Below are positions 7,702-16,886 of a stretch of 45,469 nucleotides of DNA, in pieces (positions within the stretch are counted from its first letter, which is position 1; every line of letters starts with the position of its first letter). This stretch comes from a virus. The stretch lies in the UHGV virus genome UHGV-0206691, one strand, 5' to 3'. The translations under genes were made by a program, and so were the position numbers. The notes under the pieces are model-generated. The model had not been told where the DNA came from and searched no databases. It saw nothing but the letters and a program-made list of their open reading frames with translations.

Positions 7702-8091
7702 ATGAAATACGAAGATATGAGCGATTTTGAAATTAATTGTGCAGTGGCAGTCGCATTAGATTTGAATGAACATTTGTTCTTCCCGTCGGGCGTAGAAGAC
7801 TTTGATAGTGATACCGATGATTCAGACATGGGGCCGGTGTGGCAAACAAGAATGCCGTTTGTTAAAGGTTTTAGACCTTCTAATGGTAATTTATTTAACC
7901 CGTGCAACAACATAGACATAGCGTGGCAAATTATAACCCGCAATCATATATCAATTGAATGTGTTACGGTAAACCGGCATACAGTTACATATCGCGCGTA
8001 TCACTCTGCATCTTTCACCAAAAGTACGCACGAAAACCCCCTACGCGCCGCTATGATTGTCTTTCTGAAAATGCGGGAGAAGGCGCAATGA
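7702..8091 (+). CDS. hypothetical protein (129 aa)
   Basis: ORF track; GAGGG RBS. Confidence 0.5.
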   Translation: MKYEDMSDFEINCAVAVALDLNEHLFFPSGVEDFDSDTDDSDMGPVWQTRMPFVKGFRPSNGNLFNPCNNIDIAWQIITRNHISIECVTVNRHTVTYRAYHSASFTKSTHENPLRAAMIVFLKMREKAQ

Positions 8092-8360
8092 TTTACCAAC
8101 TCTACCGCGCCGTGGACAGGCGGGATAACACCGAGGCGCTATGGCTGCTGCGCGCGCCGTCCGGTGCACACCAGATGGAAGAGATGGCGTACTTAGGCAA
8201 AGTACCGCGGCCTAAAGGTATCGGCCGTCACGTGTCGCAGATTAAGCGCACGACTTTCGCCAAACCTGACTTTTATGTCTTCGAGTCGATGTATGGGTGG
8301 GCTATGCACTGCGACCATAAGACACGACATTTAATTGACCAGTGGGAGAGCAGGGTATGA
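8088..8360 (+). CDS. hypothetical protein (about 90 aa)
   Basis: ORF track 7959..8360 trimmed to ATG (MIYQLYRAVDRR) with GGGAGAAGG RBS and ATGA overlap with upstream stop. Confidence 0.45.
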   Translation: MIYQLYRAVDRRDNTEALWLLRAPSGAHQMEEMAYLGKVPRPKGIGRHVSQIKRTTFAKPDFYVFESMYGWAMHCDHKTRHLIDQWESRV

Positions 8361-8704
8361 CTGATAAATGGTGGCTTAATTTGCGCAGCGGCGACAAAGT
8401 TTACACCGTCGGCGACCGCAGAAAGAACAGCGGTGTAGCTACTGTGCTACAAAACAGCAAAAAGTACATACACATTGCGCATGAAGCTCGCGCACTCCGC
8501 GTGAATAAATCGTCTGGCAGGCTTGAGGATTACCCGAAAACCTTAATATATAAAAGTGAAAAGCATCACATTGACGCTGTTGACGCAAGACGTAAGTTCG
8601 CAGGAATGCTGCAACAGTTAAGCGACTTACATCGCGATGATTCTTTCATTCCCACAGAAGAACAGCTACAGGCATTAAACTTGTATTTGGAGAGTTTACG
8701 ATGA
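8357..8704 (+). CDS. hypothetical protein (about 115 aa)
   Basis: ORF track 8342..8704 trimmed to ATG (MTDKWWLNL), ATGA overlap with upstream gene. Confidence 0.45.
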   Translation: MTDKWWLNLRSGDKVYTVGDRRKNSGVATVLQNSKKYIHIAHEARALRVNKSSGRLEDYPKTLIYKSEKHHIDAVDARRKFAGMLQQLSDLHRDDSFIPTEEQLQALNLYLESLR

Positions 8705-9990
8705 TTCTTAAAGAACGCGGTGGAAATAACGATGTGCACGCCTTACTGTCGCCATCTGGCGCTAAGAAGTGGCTAAGCTGCGCCGCATCACTGGCCTGTG
8801 AAAAAGATATTCCTAACACGTCCGGTAAAGCAGCCGTTACAGGGACCGCGTGCCACACTATTGCTGAGGTCCATCTCAACGCCTATATCCGCGGAACCGC
8901 GCTACCGTTAGAGCGTGAAGTCGGCGCTTACGTGCTGGATGAAGGTAAAGGCCAGATTAAGGCGCTAATCAGCCCGATGAAAGGAGCGGTACTGATTACG
9001 GCGGATATGATTGAGCAGGTGCGCAAGTACACCGACTACTGCAAAGCGATTATCGACGTGGCGACTTACGCCAAGCTCGAGATGCGCGTCAATCTTACTG
9101 AAGTATTGCATCCGGGGTACAAAGTACCTGCTGAGAGTGAAGAAGGTAAGGAGGATGGTTTAGAGACATTCGGAACAGCCGACTTAGTGGCGGTTATAGA
9201 AGGCTTTACGGGTGAAAGTAACTCCGCGATGCTCATTATCGGCGACCTTAAAACAGGACGACATCGTGTCGAAGCGAAAGAAAACAAGCAGCTTATGCTT
9301 TACGCGCTCGGTGTTTATCGCCGACTAAAAAGACGTTATAACATAACAATTGTTCGTCTGGTCATCTTCCAGCCGTATGCCGGCGGTGCGTCGGAGTGGG
9401 ATATCTCGGTTGAAGGTCTTGAACTGTTTGCTAAGTTCGCACAGAAACGCGCGCTGTTAGCACTCGATGCGTATTTCCGTGGTAAGAAGAACCTGAAAGC
9501 GTCCGACTTTAAGCCGTCAGTCGATGGTTGTCAGTGGTGTCGTTTCTCGGAGCAGTGCGCCGCGCGTACAAAGACGGTTAACGCGGTACTGGCAGAAGAA
9601 CTGGAGGACGACTTTGCGCTGGAACTGACGCCGGAGCAACTCGTAACTGAGTATGAGAAGTTGCCGCTGTTGCGCCAGCACATCGACAAGGTTGAGAAAG
9701 CTATGGCCGCCGCTTTGCATTCCGGTAAGAAAGTGCCGGGATATAAGCTGGTTGAAGGTCGTCCTGGAAATCGTGCGTGGAAAGATGCCGATGCGATTGA
9801 AGTGTCACACGGCGACATTCTCAAAAAAGAGGTATTGATGTCCCCTACGGAGGCAGCAAAAGTTCTTTCGGCGGATGAGATGGCCGCGCTTGAGCCGTTT
9901 ATTACCCGTAAGCCTGGCGCACCATGTGTCGCAACGGCAGACGACAAACGTCCTGAGTGGAATCAGGTTAGTGAAGAAGATTTAGAATAA
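8701..9990 (+). CDS. PD-(D/E)XK-type nuclease, DUF2800-like (Cas4/RecB-like fold with C-terminal Cys cluster)
   Basis: ORF track; N-terminal SPSGAKKWLSCAASLAC, central GDLKTGRH, C-terminal CQWCRFSEQC; sits next to SSB-like gene as in phage replication modules. Confidence 0.6.
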   Translation: MILKERGGNNDVHALLSPSGAKKWLSCAASLACEKDIPNTSGKAAVTGTACHTIAEVHLNAYIRGTALPLEREVGAYVLDEGKGQIKALISPMKGAVLITADMIEQVRKYTDYCKAIIDVATYAKLEMRVNLTEVLHPGYKVPAESEEGKEDGLETFGTADLVAVIEGFTGESNSAMLIIGDLKTGRHRVEAKENKQLMLYALGVYRRLKRRYNITIVRLVIFQPYAGGASEWDISVEGLELFAKFAQKRALLALDAYFRGKKNLKASDFKPSVDGCQWCRFSEQCAARTKTVNAVLAEELEDDFALELTPEQLVTEYEKLPLLRQHIDKVEKAMAAALHSGKKVPGYKLVEGRPGNRAWKDADAIEVSHGDILKKEVLMSPTEAAKVLSADEMAALEPFITRKPGAPCVATADDKRPEWNQVSEEDLE

Positions 9991-9994
9991 AGTG

Positions 9995-10023
9995 TTGACA
10001 CCTGAATAGATAGCTATTATATT
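9995..10023 (+). promoter_or_regulatory. sigma70-type promoter TTGACA-N17-TATATT with AATAG-N4-CTATT inverted repeat in spacer
   Basis: ttgacaCCTGAATAGATAGCTATtatatt upstream of gene 10084. Confidence 0.6.
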
Positions 10024-10083
10024 TCTAATCACTGGCCGGGCAGCTCCCGGAGTAAACGAAACTGAAAACTGAGGAATCGAGAT

Positions 10084-10722
10084 ATGGGTATCAAAGTTAA
10101 ACTGAGCAACGTGCGTATCGGATGGGTAGACGTTTATAAGAAAGCAGCGGACCGTGTAAACAGTCAGGGTCAACAAGTAGAGGGACAATACCAGCTTACC
10201 GCGTATCTGGATAAAGACGACCCGCAAATTGATAAAATTGAAGACGCTGTAACTGAGGTTATGACCGAAGCATTAGGTAGCGCTTCTGCCGCCGAAAAAT
10301 GGATGTCAAAAAACTTCGGCTTCGGGAACCATGCGGATAAATGCGCATTCCGCGACCTCGCGCAGCGCGACTCACCGATTGAAGGGCTAGAGGAAGGCTT
10401 GTATTTCATGGCTAAGAGCCGTAAGCAGCCTATGATTGCAACTTCTGAGGGTGAGGTGCAGTGTCAACGCGGCGGGCGTGTAGTTAAGGGCCTTACCGAA
10501 GCGGGTGACGATGTAGAAGGTAAGGAAGTTTATTCTGGTTGTTACGCTAATATCGTAGTTGATGTGTATTGGTACTCAACTTATAAAAACCTCGGTGTAG
10601 AACTCCTCGGTGTTCGCTTTAAGGACGACGGCGAAGCATTCGGCGGTGCCGGAGCTACCGTGGACCTTAACGACCTTGAGGATGACGAACCAGCACCGCG
10701 CCGCGAACGTCGCCGCCGCTAA
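10084..10722 (+). CDS. ssDNA-binding protein, DUF2815-like
   Basis: ORF track; size, acidic C-terminal tail (DLNDLEDDEPAP) and position after DUF2800-like nuclease. Confidence 0.55.
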   Translation: MGIKVKLSNVRIGWVDVYKKAADRVNSQGQQVEGQYQLTAYLDKDDPQIDKIEDAVTEVMTEALGSASAAEKWMSKNFGFGNHADKCAFRDLAQRDSPIEGLEEGLYFMAKSRKQPMIATSEGEVQCQRGGRVVKGLTEAGDDVEGKEVYSGCYANIVVDVYWYSTYKNLGVELLGVRFKDDGEAFGGAGATVDLNDLEDDEPAPRRERRRR

Positions 10723-10741
10723 TATCTGAATAAATTTAACT

Positions 10742-10766
10742 AAGGCCCTTCATTGGGCCTTTTTAC
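10742..10766 (+). terminator. intrinsic terminator
   Basis: AAGGCCCttcattGGGCCTTTTT after stop of gene 10084..10722. Confidence 0.6.
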
Positions 10767-10781
10767 TAAGGGTCGAAAACA

Positions 10782-11060
10782 ATGGCAGCGGAACTTAAGA
10801 GATACAGACGCATCACATACTGCAAATTTTGTAAGGCAGAAGGAAAAAAAGTTAGAGCAATTTGGATGACTAAATACCCTCCAGCTTACGGTGTACGAGA
10901 CTGGTATAAACACTATGCATGCGAGGAGCATAAACATTTAATAGAAGACACAGACCCAGACAGGACTTGGGCAGAAATCATAGAACGCGGTAAAAACAAG
11001 AAACAAGAACGCGACGACTATCTCACAGAAGCAGACTATCAGACGTGGTACAGACTATGA
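10782..11060 (+). CDS. hypothetical zinc-binding protein (CxxC...C..H)
   Basis: ORF track; YCKFCKAEGKK ... YACEEHKH. Confidence 0.45.
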   Translation: MAAELKRYRRITYCKFCKAEGKKVRAIWMTKYPPAYGVRDWYKHYACEEHKHLIEDTDPDRTWAEIIERGKNKKQERDDYLTEADYQTWYRL

Positions 11061-13309
11061 ACACATTGCTTTACTTAGACTTTGAAACATTCTCCGAAGC
11101 CGATTTAAAGAAAGTCGGCTCCTACGCTTACGCCGAACACCCGTCAACCGAAGTGCTAATCTGTACCTATGCTTTTGACGACGAGCCTGTGCAGGTATGG
11201 GATTGCACCGACGGCAGCGACATGCCGGGCGATTTGCACCGCGCACTGCGCCGCCTGGTTAAGCCGAACAGCCGCATCAAGATGGTGTGGCACAACGGTG
11301 GACTTTTCGACAGGCTCATCATGAAGCATTGCTGGGGCTTTGATATTCCGGTAAGCAACACCATTGATACGATGATTTGGGCGTTTCGTCACGCGCTTCC
11401 GGGTTCACTCGATGCGCTGTGTGAAGTGCTGGGCGTATCCGCGGACAACGCGAAAGATAAACGCGGCAAGGCGCTGATTCAGCGTTTTTCTAAACCTACT
11501 CCGAAGAACTACAAAATCCGCCGTTACACTGCTGAAACTCACCCGGACGAGTGGGCACTGTTTATCAAGTACGCCGTGAGCGACATCACCGCGATGCGTG
11601 AAGTCTTTCATAAGCTGCCGCGATGGGGTAACTCCGAGTTCGAAGACCGTGTACTGGAACTGGACCAGTTAATCAATGACCGTGGGTTTAAGGTTGACGT
11701 TGCACTGGCAGAAGCCGCGATTGAAGCCGTGGAGAAACACAAAGCGCAGTTACAGGAAGAGGCCCAACGCAAATACGGCGGATCGCTTACTGGGAAGGAC
11801 TTTCTGCCTATTCTGCGTGAACTGGCACCTGCGCACCGCATCCACAACGCACAGAAGTCTACGCTTAACGACCTGCTGGCGGACGATGATTTACCAGACG
11901 ACGCACGCACGATTATCGAAATGCGCCTCGGGGCCGCGTCTACAGCGTCAACGAAATATAACCCGCTACTGTTGGGCCGCTCGTCAGACGACCGCCGTCG
12001 CGGTTGCATTCAGTACGGCGGAGCCAAGCGTACATTACGATTTGCCGGTAAAGGCTTTCAGCCGCAGAACCTGGCGCGCGGGTACTATCACGACGACCCG
12101 AAGAATAAAAAGAAAAAAGTACGTTATGACTGGATGTCAGAGAAGGACTGGTGGAGAGTAACACACCCATTGTCCTACGGAATCGACCTGTTGTTTAAAG
12201 GCCGTGCGCACCGCCGTTTTGATGTAGCCAAACTGACAGCATCGACGGTTCGTAGCTGCATCATACCGGAAGCCGGGTATAAGTTTGTCGTCGCCGATTA
12301 CTCTAACGTTGAAGGCCGTGGTTTGGCGTGGCTGGCTGGAGAAGAAACCGCGCTCGATACGTTCCGCGCCGGGCTGGATATTTACTGCGTAACCGCGGGT
12401 AAGATGTTCGGAATGGACCCCGATTACATTCTCGAAAGCCGTAGTGACCTACGCCAGATTGGTAAAGCCTGTGAATTGGGCCTCGGCTATGCTGGAGGTG
12501 TTGGTGCTTTCGTTCAGTTTGCTAAAAACCTCGGCTTAAACCTTGTTGATATGGCAAAAACAATGGATGGGACTTTCCCCGACCACATCTGGGCGGCTAC
12601 TGCACGGGGCTATGAGTGGGCGCGTATACAGGAGGCAAAGCGACCGCCGCGTCCCGGTGAAAAGGACGACAGACCGTCGTATATTCTTGATAAGAAAGTG
12701 TGGCGTACCTGTGACGCTATCAAGCGCATGTGGCGCGAGTCTCACCCGGAAACCGTAGCGTTCTGGCGAGATATTGAAGACGCAGCTATGGCGGCTATCC
12801 GCAATCCGGGCAAAGAGTTCACCGCAGGACCACGCGGCGTTAAGTTTTCGCGTAACGTAGAGACAGACAACAACGGCAACAAAGTCGCTGGCTGGTGGTT
12901 GCGCATGACGTTGCCATCGGGTCGCGTTATGTCATACCCTGGCGTCGGGTTAAGCGTGTCGAAAGAGACAGACGAAGATGGAAAGGTGTCTACTAACGTA
13001 CGCATCAAGTACCAGGGGGAGAACCAGTTAACCCGTCAGTGGGGCTTCCAGTACACCTACTCCGGTAAACTGGTGGAAAACTGCACTCAGGCGCTGTGCC
13101 GTGATTTGCTGGCTAATGCCCTGCTTAACGTCGAAGCAAACGGTTACCCGATTGTACTTCATGTCCACGATGAGATTATCTGCGAGACACCAGATACCCC
13201 CGAGTACACGGTGGCTGAACTTGAGCGGTTGATGTGCGAATTACCGGAATGGGCCGAGGGGTTCCCTCTTGTAGCGGAAGGCGCGGAGATGAAGCGCTAT
13301 GCTAAGTAA
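11045..13309 (+). CDS. family-A DNA polymerase with 3'-5' exonuclease domain
   Basis: ORF track; N-terminal exo motif LYLDFETFS; palm motifs DYSNVEGRGLAWLAGE, GKACELGLGYAGGVGAF, VLHVHDEIICE. Confidence 0.9.
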   Translation: MVQTMNTLLYLDFETFSEADLKKVGSYAYAEHPSTEVLICTYAFDDEPVQVWDCTDGSDMPGDLHRALRRLVKPNSRIKMVWHNGGLFDRLIMKHCWGFDIPVSNTIDTMIWAFRHALPGSLDALCEVLGVSADNAKDKRGKALIQRFSKPTPKNYKIRRYTAETHPDEWALFIKYAVSDITAMREVFHKLPRWGNSEFEDRVLELDQLINDRGFKVDVALAEAAIEAVEKHKAQLQEEAQRKYGGSLTGKDFLPILRELAPAHRIHNAQKSTLNDLLADDDLPDDARTIIEMRLGAASTASTKYNPLLLGRSSDDRRRGCIQYGGAKRTLRFAGKGFQPQNLARGYYHDDPKNKKKKVRYDWMSEKDWWRVTHPLSYGIDLLFKGRAHRRFDVAKLTASTVRSCIIPEAGYKFVVADYSNVEGRGLAWLAGEETALDTFRAGLDIYCVTAGKMFGMDPDYILESRSDLRQIGKACELGLGYAGGVGAFVQFAKNLGLNLVDMAKTMDGTFPDHIWAATARGYEWARIQEAKRPPRPGEKDDRPSYILDKKVWRTCDAIKRMWRESHPETVAFWRDIEDAAMAAIRNPGKEFTAGPRGVKFSRNVETDNNGNKVAGWWLRMTLPSGRVMSYPGVGLSVSKETDEDGKVSTNVRIKYQGENQLTRQWGFQYTYSGKLVENCTQALCRDLLANALLNVEANGYPIVLHVHDEIICETPDTPEYTVAELERLMCELPEWAEGFPLVAEGAEMKRYAK

Positions 13310-13430
13310 ACTGATTATCGCGGTACTGGCGGGATTTGCTGCCGGTGTCTACTGTCACGAGGGCCAATACGGCATGATTGTCGCCGTACTGGGCATGTTC
13401 ATCGCAATTTATCTGTGGGTGCTGGAATGA
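13299..13430 (+). CDS. small membrane protein (43 aa)
   Basis: own reading MLSKLIIAVLAGFAAGVYCHEGQYGMIVAVLGMFIAIYLWVLE; start overlaps polymerase 3' end. Confidence 0.3.
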   Translation: MLSKLIIAVLAGFAAGVYCHEGQYGMIVAVLGMFIAIYLWVLE

Positions 13431-13512
13431 AAATATACTGGTTCTATGAAGAAGACTGCCGAATCTGTCCGCGCTGCGGGATTGAACATACGAAACGGGA
13501 GGGGTGCATATT

Positions 13513-13800
13513 ATGAGTACGCCTGAGGGCAAGATTCAGAAATACGCAAAAGACAGATTCGAGGCCCTGGGGGGCCTCGTACGAAAATTGTCGTACGAAA
13601 ATAGAGTGGGGGCCCCCGACCTGCTGGTAATCCTCCCCGGCGGCATCATCTGGTTCGTAGAGGTTAAGAAAGACGGAAGCACGAAGCCTGACCCGCATCA
13701 GTTACGGGAGCACGAGCGGATGCGTAAACGCGGCGCGAATGTTTTTGTCGTTGGTTCGTTTAAACAGGTTGACGACCTAATAGCGAACTATTATAGTTAG
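13513..13800 (+). CDS. VRR-NUC domain nuclease
   Basis: ORF track 13504..13800 trimmed to ATG after GGGAGGGG; PDLLVILPGGIIWFVEVKK PD-(D/E)XK core. Confidence 0.65.
   Translation: MSTPEGKIQKYAKDRFEALGGLVRKLSYENRVGAPDLLVILPGGIIWFVEVKKDGSTKPDPHQLREHERMRKRGANVFVVGSFKQVDDLIANYYS
13769..13797 (+). promoter_or_regulatory. sigma70-type promoter TTGACG-N17-TATAGT with AATAG-N4-CTATT inverted repeat in spacer
   Basis: ttgacgACCTAATAGCGAACTATtatagt inside the 3' end of the VRR-NUC gene, upstream of gene 13831. Confidence 0.55.
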
Positions 13801-13830
13801 TCATACGCCAACAATATAAGGAATTGAGAA

Positions 13831-14022
13831 ATGAAACACGAATATGACCGCAAACCAGCACGTGATATCGTACCGGGCGACATGATTTTCAACGTTAAGA
13901 CCCGCCAGCCGGTCGCCGTTGATACGGTGTTCGTCGAGTCGAACGGTAAACTGGTTATCGAAGATGTAACTGGTAACGTTACGGCGTTCGGGCGTAAAGA
14001 GCTGGTTTTGGTGGCGAAATGA
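13831..14022 (+). CDS. hypothetical protein (63 aa)
   Basis: ORF track; AAGGAATTGAG RBS; stop overlaps methyltransferase start. Confidence 0.45.
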   Translation: MKHEYDRKPARDIVPGDMIFNVKTRQPVAVDTVFVESNGKLVIEDVTGNVTAFGRKELVLVAK

Positions 14023-14822
14023 ACTATTACAACGAATGGGATAAAGGTGCAGCCGCGTGGCTACGTGAATTAATAAAACAGGGCCACATACCTTTTGGGG
14101 TTGTAGATGAAAGAAGCATTACCGAAGTTAAGCCAGAAGACCTTGACGGGTTCACCCAGTGTCATTTTTTCGCTGGTATCGGCGGCTGGCCTCTCGCGCT
14201 CAGACTTGCGGGAGTTTCGGAAGATACGCCTTGCTGGACGGGAAGCCCGCCTTGCCAACCGTTTAGCGCGGCGGGAAAGCAACTCGGACAGTTCGACCCG
14301 AGACACCTCGCGCCAGTCTTCCTCGACCTCATCAGCGAGTGCCGCCCTCCAGTCCTCTTTGGGGAGCAGGTTGCGCCAGCAATTGCAAAATCGTGGATGT
14401 GCGATTTACAAAATCGCCTGGAAGGAGAAGACTACGCCGTCGGGTTTGCCGTACTCCCAGCTTGTAGCGTCGGTGCCCCGCACAAACGCGACAGACTGTT
14501 CTTCGGCGCGTACAACCTGGCCGAGTCCTTGTGCGCAGAACGGGGCCGTGAACGGCTACACGGATTGGGAAAAAGTAATCAAACGCAAGGAAGCAGGACG
14601 GCAGCAGAACCTACAGGACGTTGTGATTCTGGCGGTTTCTGGTCAGATGCTGATTGGCTCGGATGCAGGGACGGAAAATTCAGGCCAGTTGAACCCGGCA
14701 CATTCCCGCTGGCTAATGGGATACCCGCCAGAGTGGGACGATTGCGCGGTTATGGCAATGCCATCGTCCCGCAAGTAGCCGCTGAATTTATAAAGGCATT
14801 CATGGGGGCGGTAAATGAGTAA
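14019..14822 (+). CDS. compact DNA (cytosine-5)-methyltransferase
   Basis: ORF track; motif I FFAGIGG, motif IV GSPPCQPFSAAGK, ENV-like LFGEQV, RxR-like HKRDRLFF, C-terminal GNAIVPQV. Confidence 0.65.
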   Translation: MNYYNEWDKGAAAWLRELIKQGHIPFGVVDERSITEVKPEDLDGFTQCHFFAGIGGWPLALRLAGVSEDTPCWTGSPPCQPFSAAGKQLGQFDPRHLAPVFLDLISECRPPVLFGEQVAPAIAKSWMCDLQNRLEGEDYAVGFAVLPACSVGAPHKRDRLFFGAYNLAESLCAERGRERLHGLGKSNQTQGSRTAAEPTGRCDSGGFWSDADWLGCRDGKFRPVEPGTFPLANGIPARVGRLRGYGNAIVPQVAAEFIKAFMGAVNE

Positions 14823-16239
14823 GTTTCGAAGGCGCGAGTACCAGAAGCTCATGACTTCGTTCATGTTGCGGCACCATCGCTGCAATATCTGGGCGAGCAT
14901 GGGCGCCGGGAAGACCGGCAGCGTACTGTGGGCATTAAACCGACTGTTCCGCAATGGGCAACTTAATGACGACGACCGCGTGTTGATCCTTGCCCCGTTG
15001 CGCGTTGCATCAGGTACATGGCCCGCAGAACAAGATAAATGGAAATTTCCATGTCTTCGTGTCGTCGATGCAACTGGTTCGGAGAAGCGCCGCATAGCGG
15101 CGCTGGAATCAGACGCTAACGTGGTGTGCACAAACTACGAAGTTATCGAGTGGCTTATTGACTACTACGGCAAAGACGACTGGCCTTTTACGGTTATCGT
15201 CGCCGACGAAAGCACGAAGCTGAAATCGTTTCGCAGCCGTTCAGGCGGTAGCAAGAGGGCCAAGGCGCTAAGCAAAGTGGCATTCGGTAGGGTTAAGCGT
15301 TTCATTAACCTGACTGGCACACCATCCCCAAACGGCCTCAAAGACTTGTGGGGCCAGAACTGGTTTATCGACGCTGGTGAGCGCCTCGGTTCTTCATACA
15401 CAGCATTCACCGACCGATGGTTTAACTCAGTACAGAAAGGCAAATCCGCGATGGCGCGTGAGTATCATGCGCGCCCGGGTGCGGATAATGAAATTCACCA
15501 GAAGATGAAGGACATTAGTCTCACGATTGACGCCGCCGAGTGGTTCGGTTGCGAAGCGCCGATTATCGTGCCGGTTGAAATCGGTCTGCCGAAGAAAGCG
15601 CGTCAGGCGTACATTGATATGGAGGAGAAGTTATTTGCGGAACTGGAGAGCGGAGAAGTCGAAGCGGCTAACGCGGCAGCGAAGACATCTAAGTGTTTGC
15701 AGATTGCTTCTGGTGCCGTGTATGTGTCCGGGCCAGATGGCGAAGCAACCAAAGACTGGGAGAAAGTGCATGACACTAAACTGGATGCGCTGGAGTCCAT
15801 TGTTGAGGAGTTACAGGGTGCACCGTTACTGGTGGCGTATCAGTTCAAGCACGAACTGGAGCGCATCCTTAAGCGATTCCCGCAGGCGCAGGCGTTTGCA
15901 AAAGGTGCTAAGGGTAATAAGCAGATGGAAGCGTGGAACCGTGGTGAGATACCTATGCTCCTGATACACCCAGCTTCTGCGGGCCACGGGCTGTCGCTAC
16001 AACATGGCGGACACCATATGGCATTTATGAGTCAGGGGTGGAACCTGGAACATTATTTGCAGGTTATCGAGCGTATAGGTCCGGTAAGGCAGATGCAATC
16101 TGGATACAAACGGTCTGTATTCATTTATCAAATAATAGCCCGAGACACTCTTGATGAAGTTGTCGCCGCTCGTACAGACGAGAAAAGGTCTGTACAAGAC
16201 GAACTACTTAATTATATGAAGAGAAGGAGTAAGAAATGA
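14815..16239 (+). CDS. SNF2-family ATP-dependent helicase
   Basis: ORF track; Walker A GAGKTG, DExx box IVADESTKLK, motif III NLTGTPSPN, helicase-C region near C-terminus. Confidence 0.8.
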   Translation: MSKFRRREYQKLMTSFMLRHHRCNIWASMGAGKTGSVLWALNRLFRNGQLNDDDRVLILAPLRVASGTWPAEQDKWKFPCLRVVDATGSEKRRIAALESDANVVCTNYEVIEWLIDYYGKDDWPFTVIVADESTKLKSFRSRSGGSKRAKALSKVAFGRVKRFINLTGTPSPNGLKDLWGQNWFIDAGERLGSSYTAFTDRWFNSVQKGKSAMAREYHARPGADNEIHQKMKDISLTIDAAEWFGCEAPIIVPVEIGLPKKARQAYIDMEEKLFAELESGEVEAANAAAKTSKCLQIASGAVYVSGPDGEATKDWEKVHDTKLDALESIVEELQGAPLLVAYQFKHELERILKRFPQAQAFAKGAKGNKQMEAWNRGEIPMLLIHPASAGHGLSLQHGGHHMAFMSQGWNLEHYLQVIERIGPVRQMQSGYKRSVFIYQIIARDTLDEVVAARTDEKRSVQDELLNYMKRRSKK

Positions 16240-16721
16240 GCAAGGTATCTTACGACCCTGAAACCGGTATTTTCACATGGGTCGAAACAAAACGTAGGGG
16301 TTTTGTTGGAAAGAACGCTGGATGTTTTTGTCCTCGGGACGGGTACATTCGTATACGAATAAACGGAAAACTAGAACTAGCACACCGGTTAGCATGGGAT
16401 ATATGCAATCCATATAACCCACTTACCCCACAGGAGCAGATATACCACATCAATCACATTCGAACCGATAACCGAATATGCAACCTGCGGAAAGTTACCA
16501 ACACTGAAAATAGCCGCAACGCATCGATAGGGGTGAACAATACTAGCGGCGCTCTTGGTGTATGGCGTGAAAAGAGAAGAAACAAATGGGTAGCAGAAAT
16601 AAAGGTAGACAGAAGAAAAATACATCTTGGCCAGTTTGATGATTTTGACGAAGCTGTTGCCGTGCGTAAAGCCGCGGAAGCTGCTTACGGATTTCATGAA
16701 AACCACGGAGAAACAACGTGA
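16236..16721 (+). CDS. HNH homing endonuclease with AP2-like DNA-binding domain
   Basis: ORF track; HRLAWD...IYHINHIRTDNRICNLRKVTNTEN HNH core; C-terminal WREKRRNKWVAEIKVDRRKIHLGQFDDFDEAVAVRKAAE AP2-like. Confidence 0.8.
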   Translation: MSKVSYDPETGIFTWVETKRRGFVGKNAGCFCPRDGYIRIRINGKLELAHRLAWDICNPYNPLTPQEQIYHINHIRTDNRICNLRKVTNTENSRNASIGVNNTSGALGVWREKRRNKWVAEIKVDRRKIHLGQFDDFDEAVAVRKAAEAAYGFHENHGETT

Positions 16722-16855
16722 ACATCATAGCCCCCATTCCAGCATTGCAAAAACGTATCAAGGAACTTGAAGAGGAGGTTCTACACCTACGGCAGCAAAG
16801 AGACGCCGCTAACGCGCAACTGGCGTTTGTACTGGAGAAGTTATCAGAAGAGTAG
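16718..16855 (+). CDS. small coiled-coil protein (45 aa)
   Basis: own reading, GTG start overlapping HNH stop: NIIAPIPALQKRIKELEEEVLHLRQQRDAANAQLAFVLEKLSEE. Confidence 0.3.
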   Translation: MNIIAPIPALQKRIKELEEEVLHLRQQRDAANAQLAFVLEKLSEE

Positions 16856-16857
16856 AG

Positions 16858-16886
16858 AAAAGGCCCCAAACGGGGCCTTAGTTTTA
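16858..16886. terminator. bidirectional hairpin terminator between replication module and tailspike gene
   Basis: aaAGGCCCCaaacGGGGCCTtagtttta. Confidence 0.6.

Noticed and set aside
14107-14778. 223-aa ORF overlapping the methyltransferase gene in another frame
   Set aside because: Entirely inside a gene with clear catalytic motifs; Ser/Arg-rich low-complexity translation typical of an out-of-frame shadow ORF; no RBS.
14019-16239. Methyltransferase plus SNF2 helicase as a DISARM-like or BREX-like defence island
   Set aside because: No DUF1998-like or PLD-nuclease partners and no large ATPase. The genes sit inside a co-directional replication module with polymerase and primase, and SNF2 plus VRR-NUC is a common phage recombination pair. 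An orphan anti-restriction methylase is the simpler reading.
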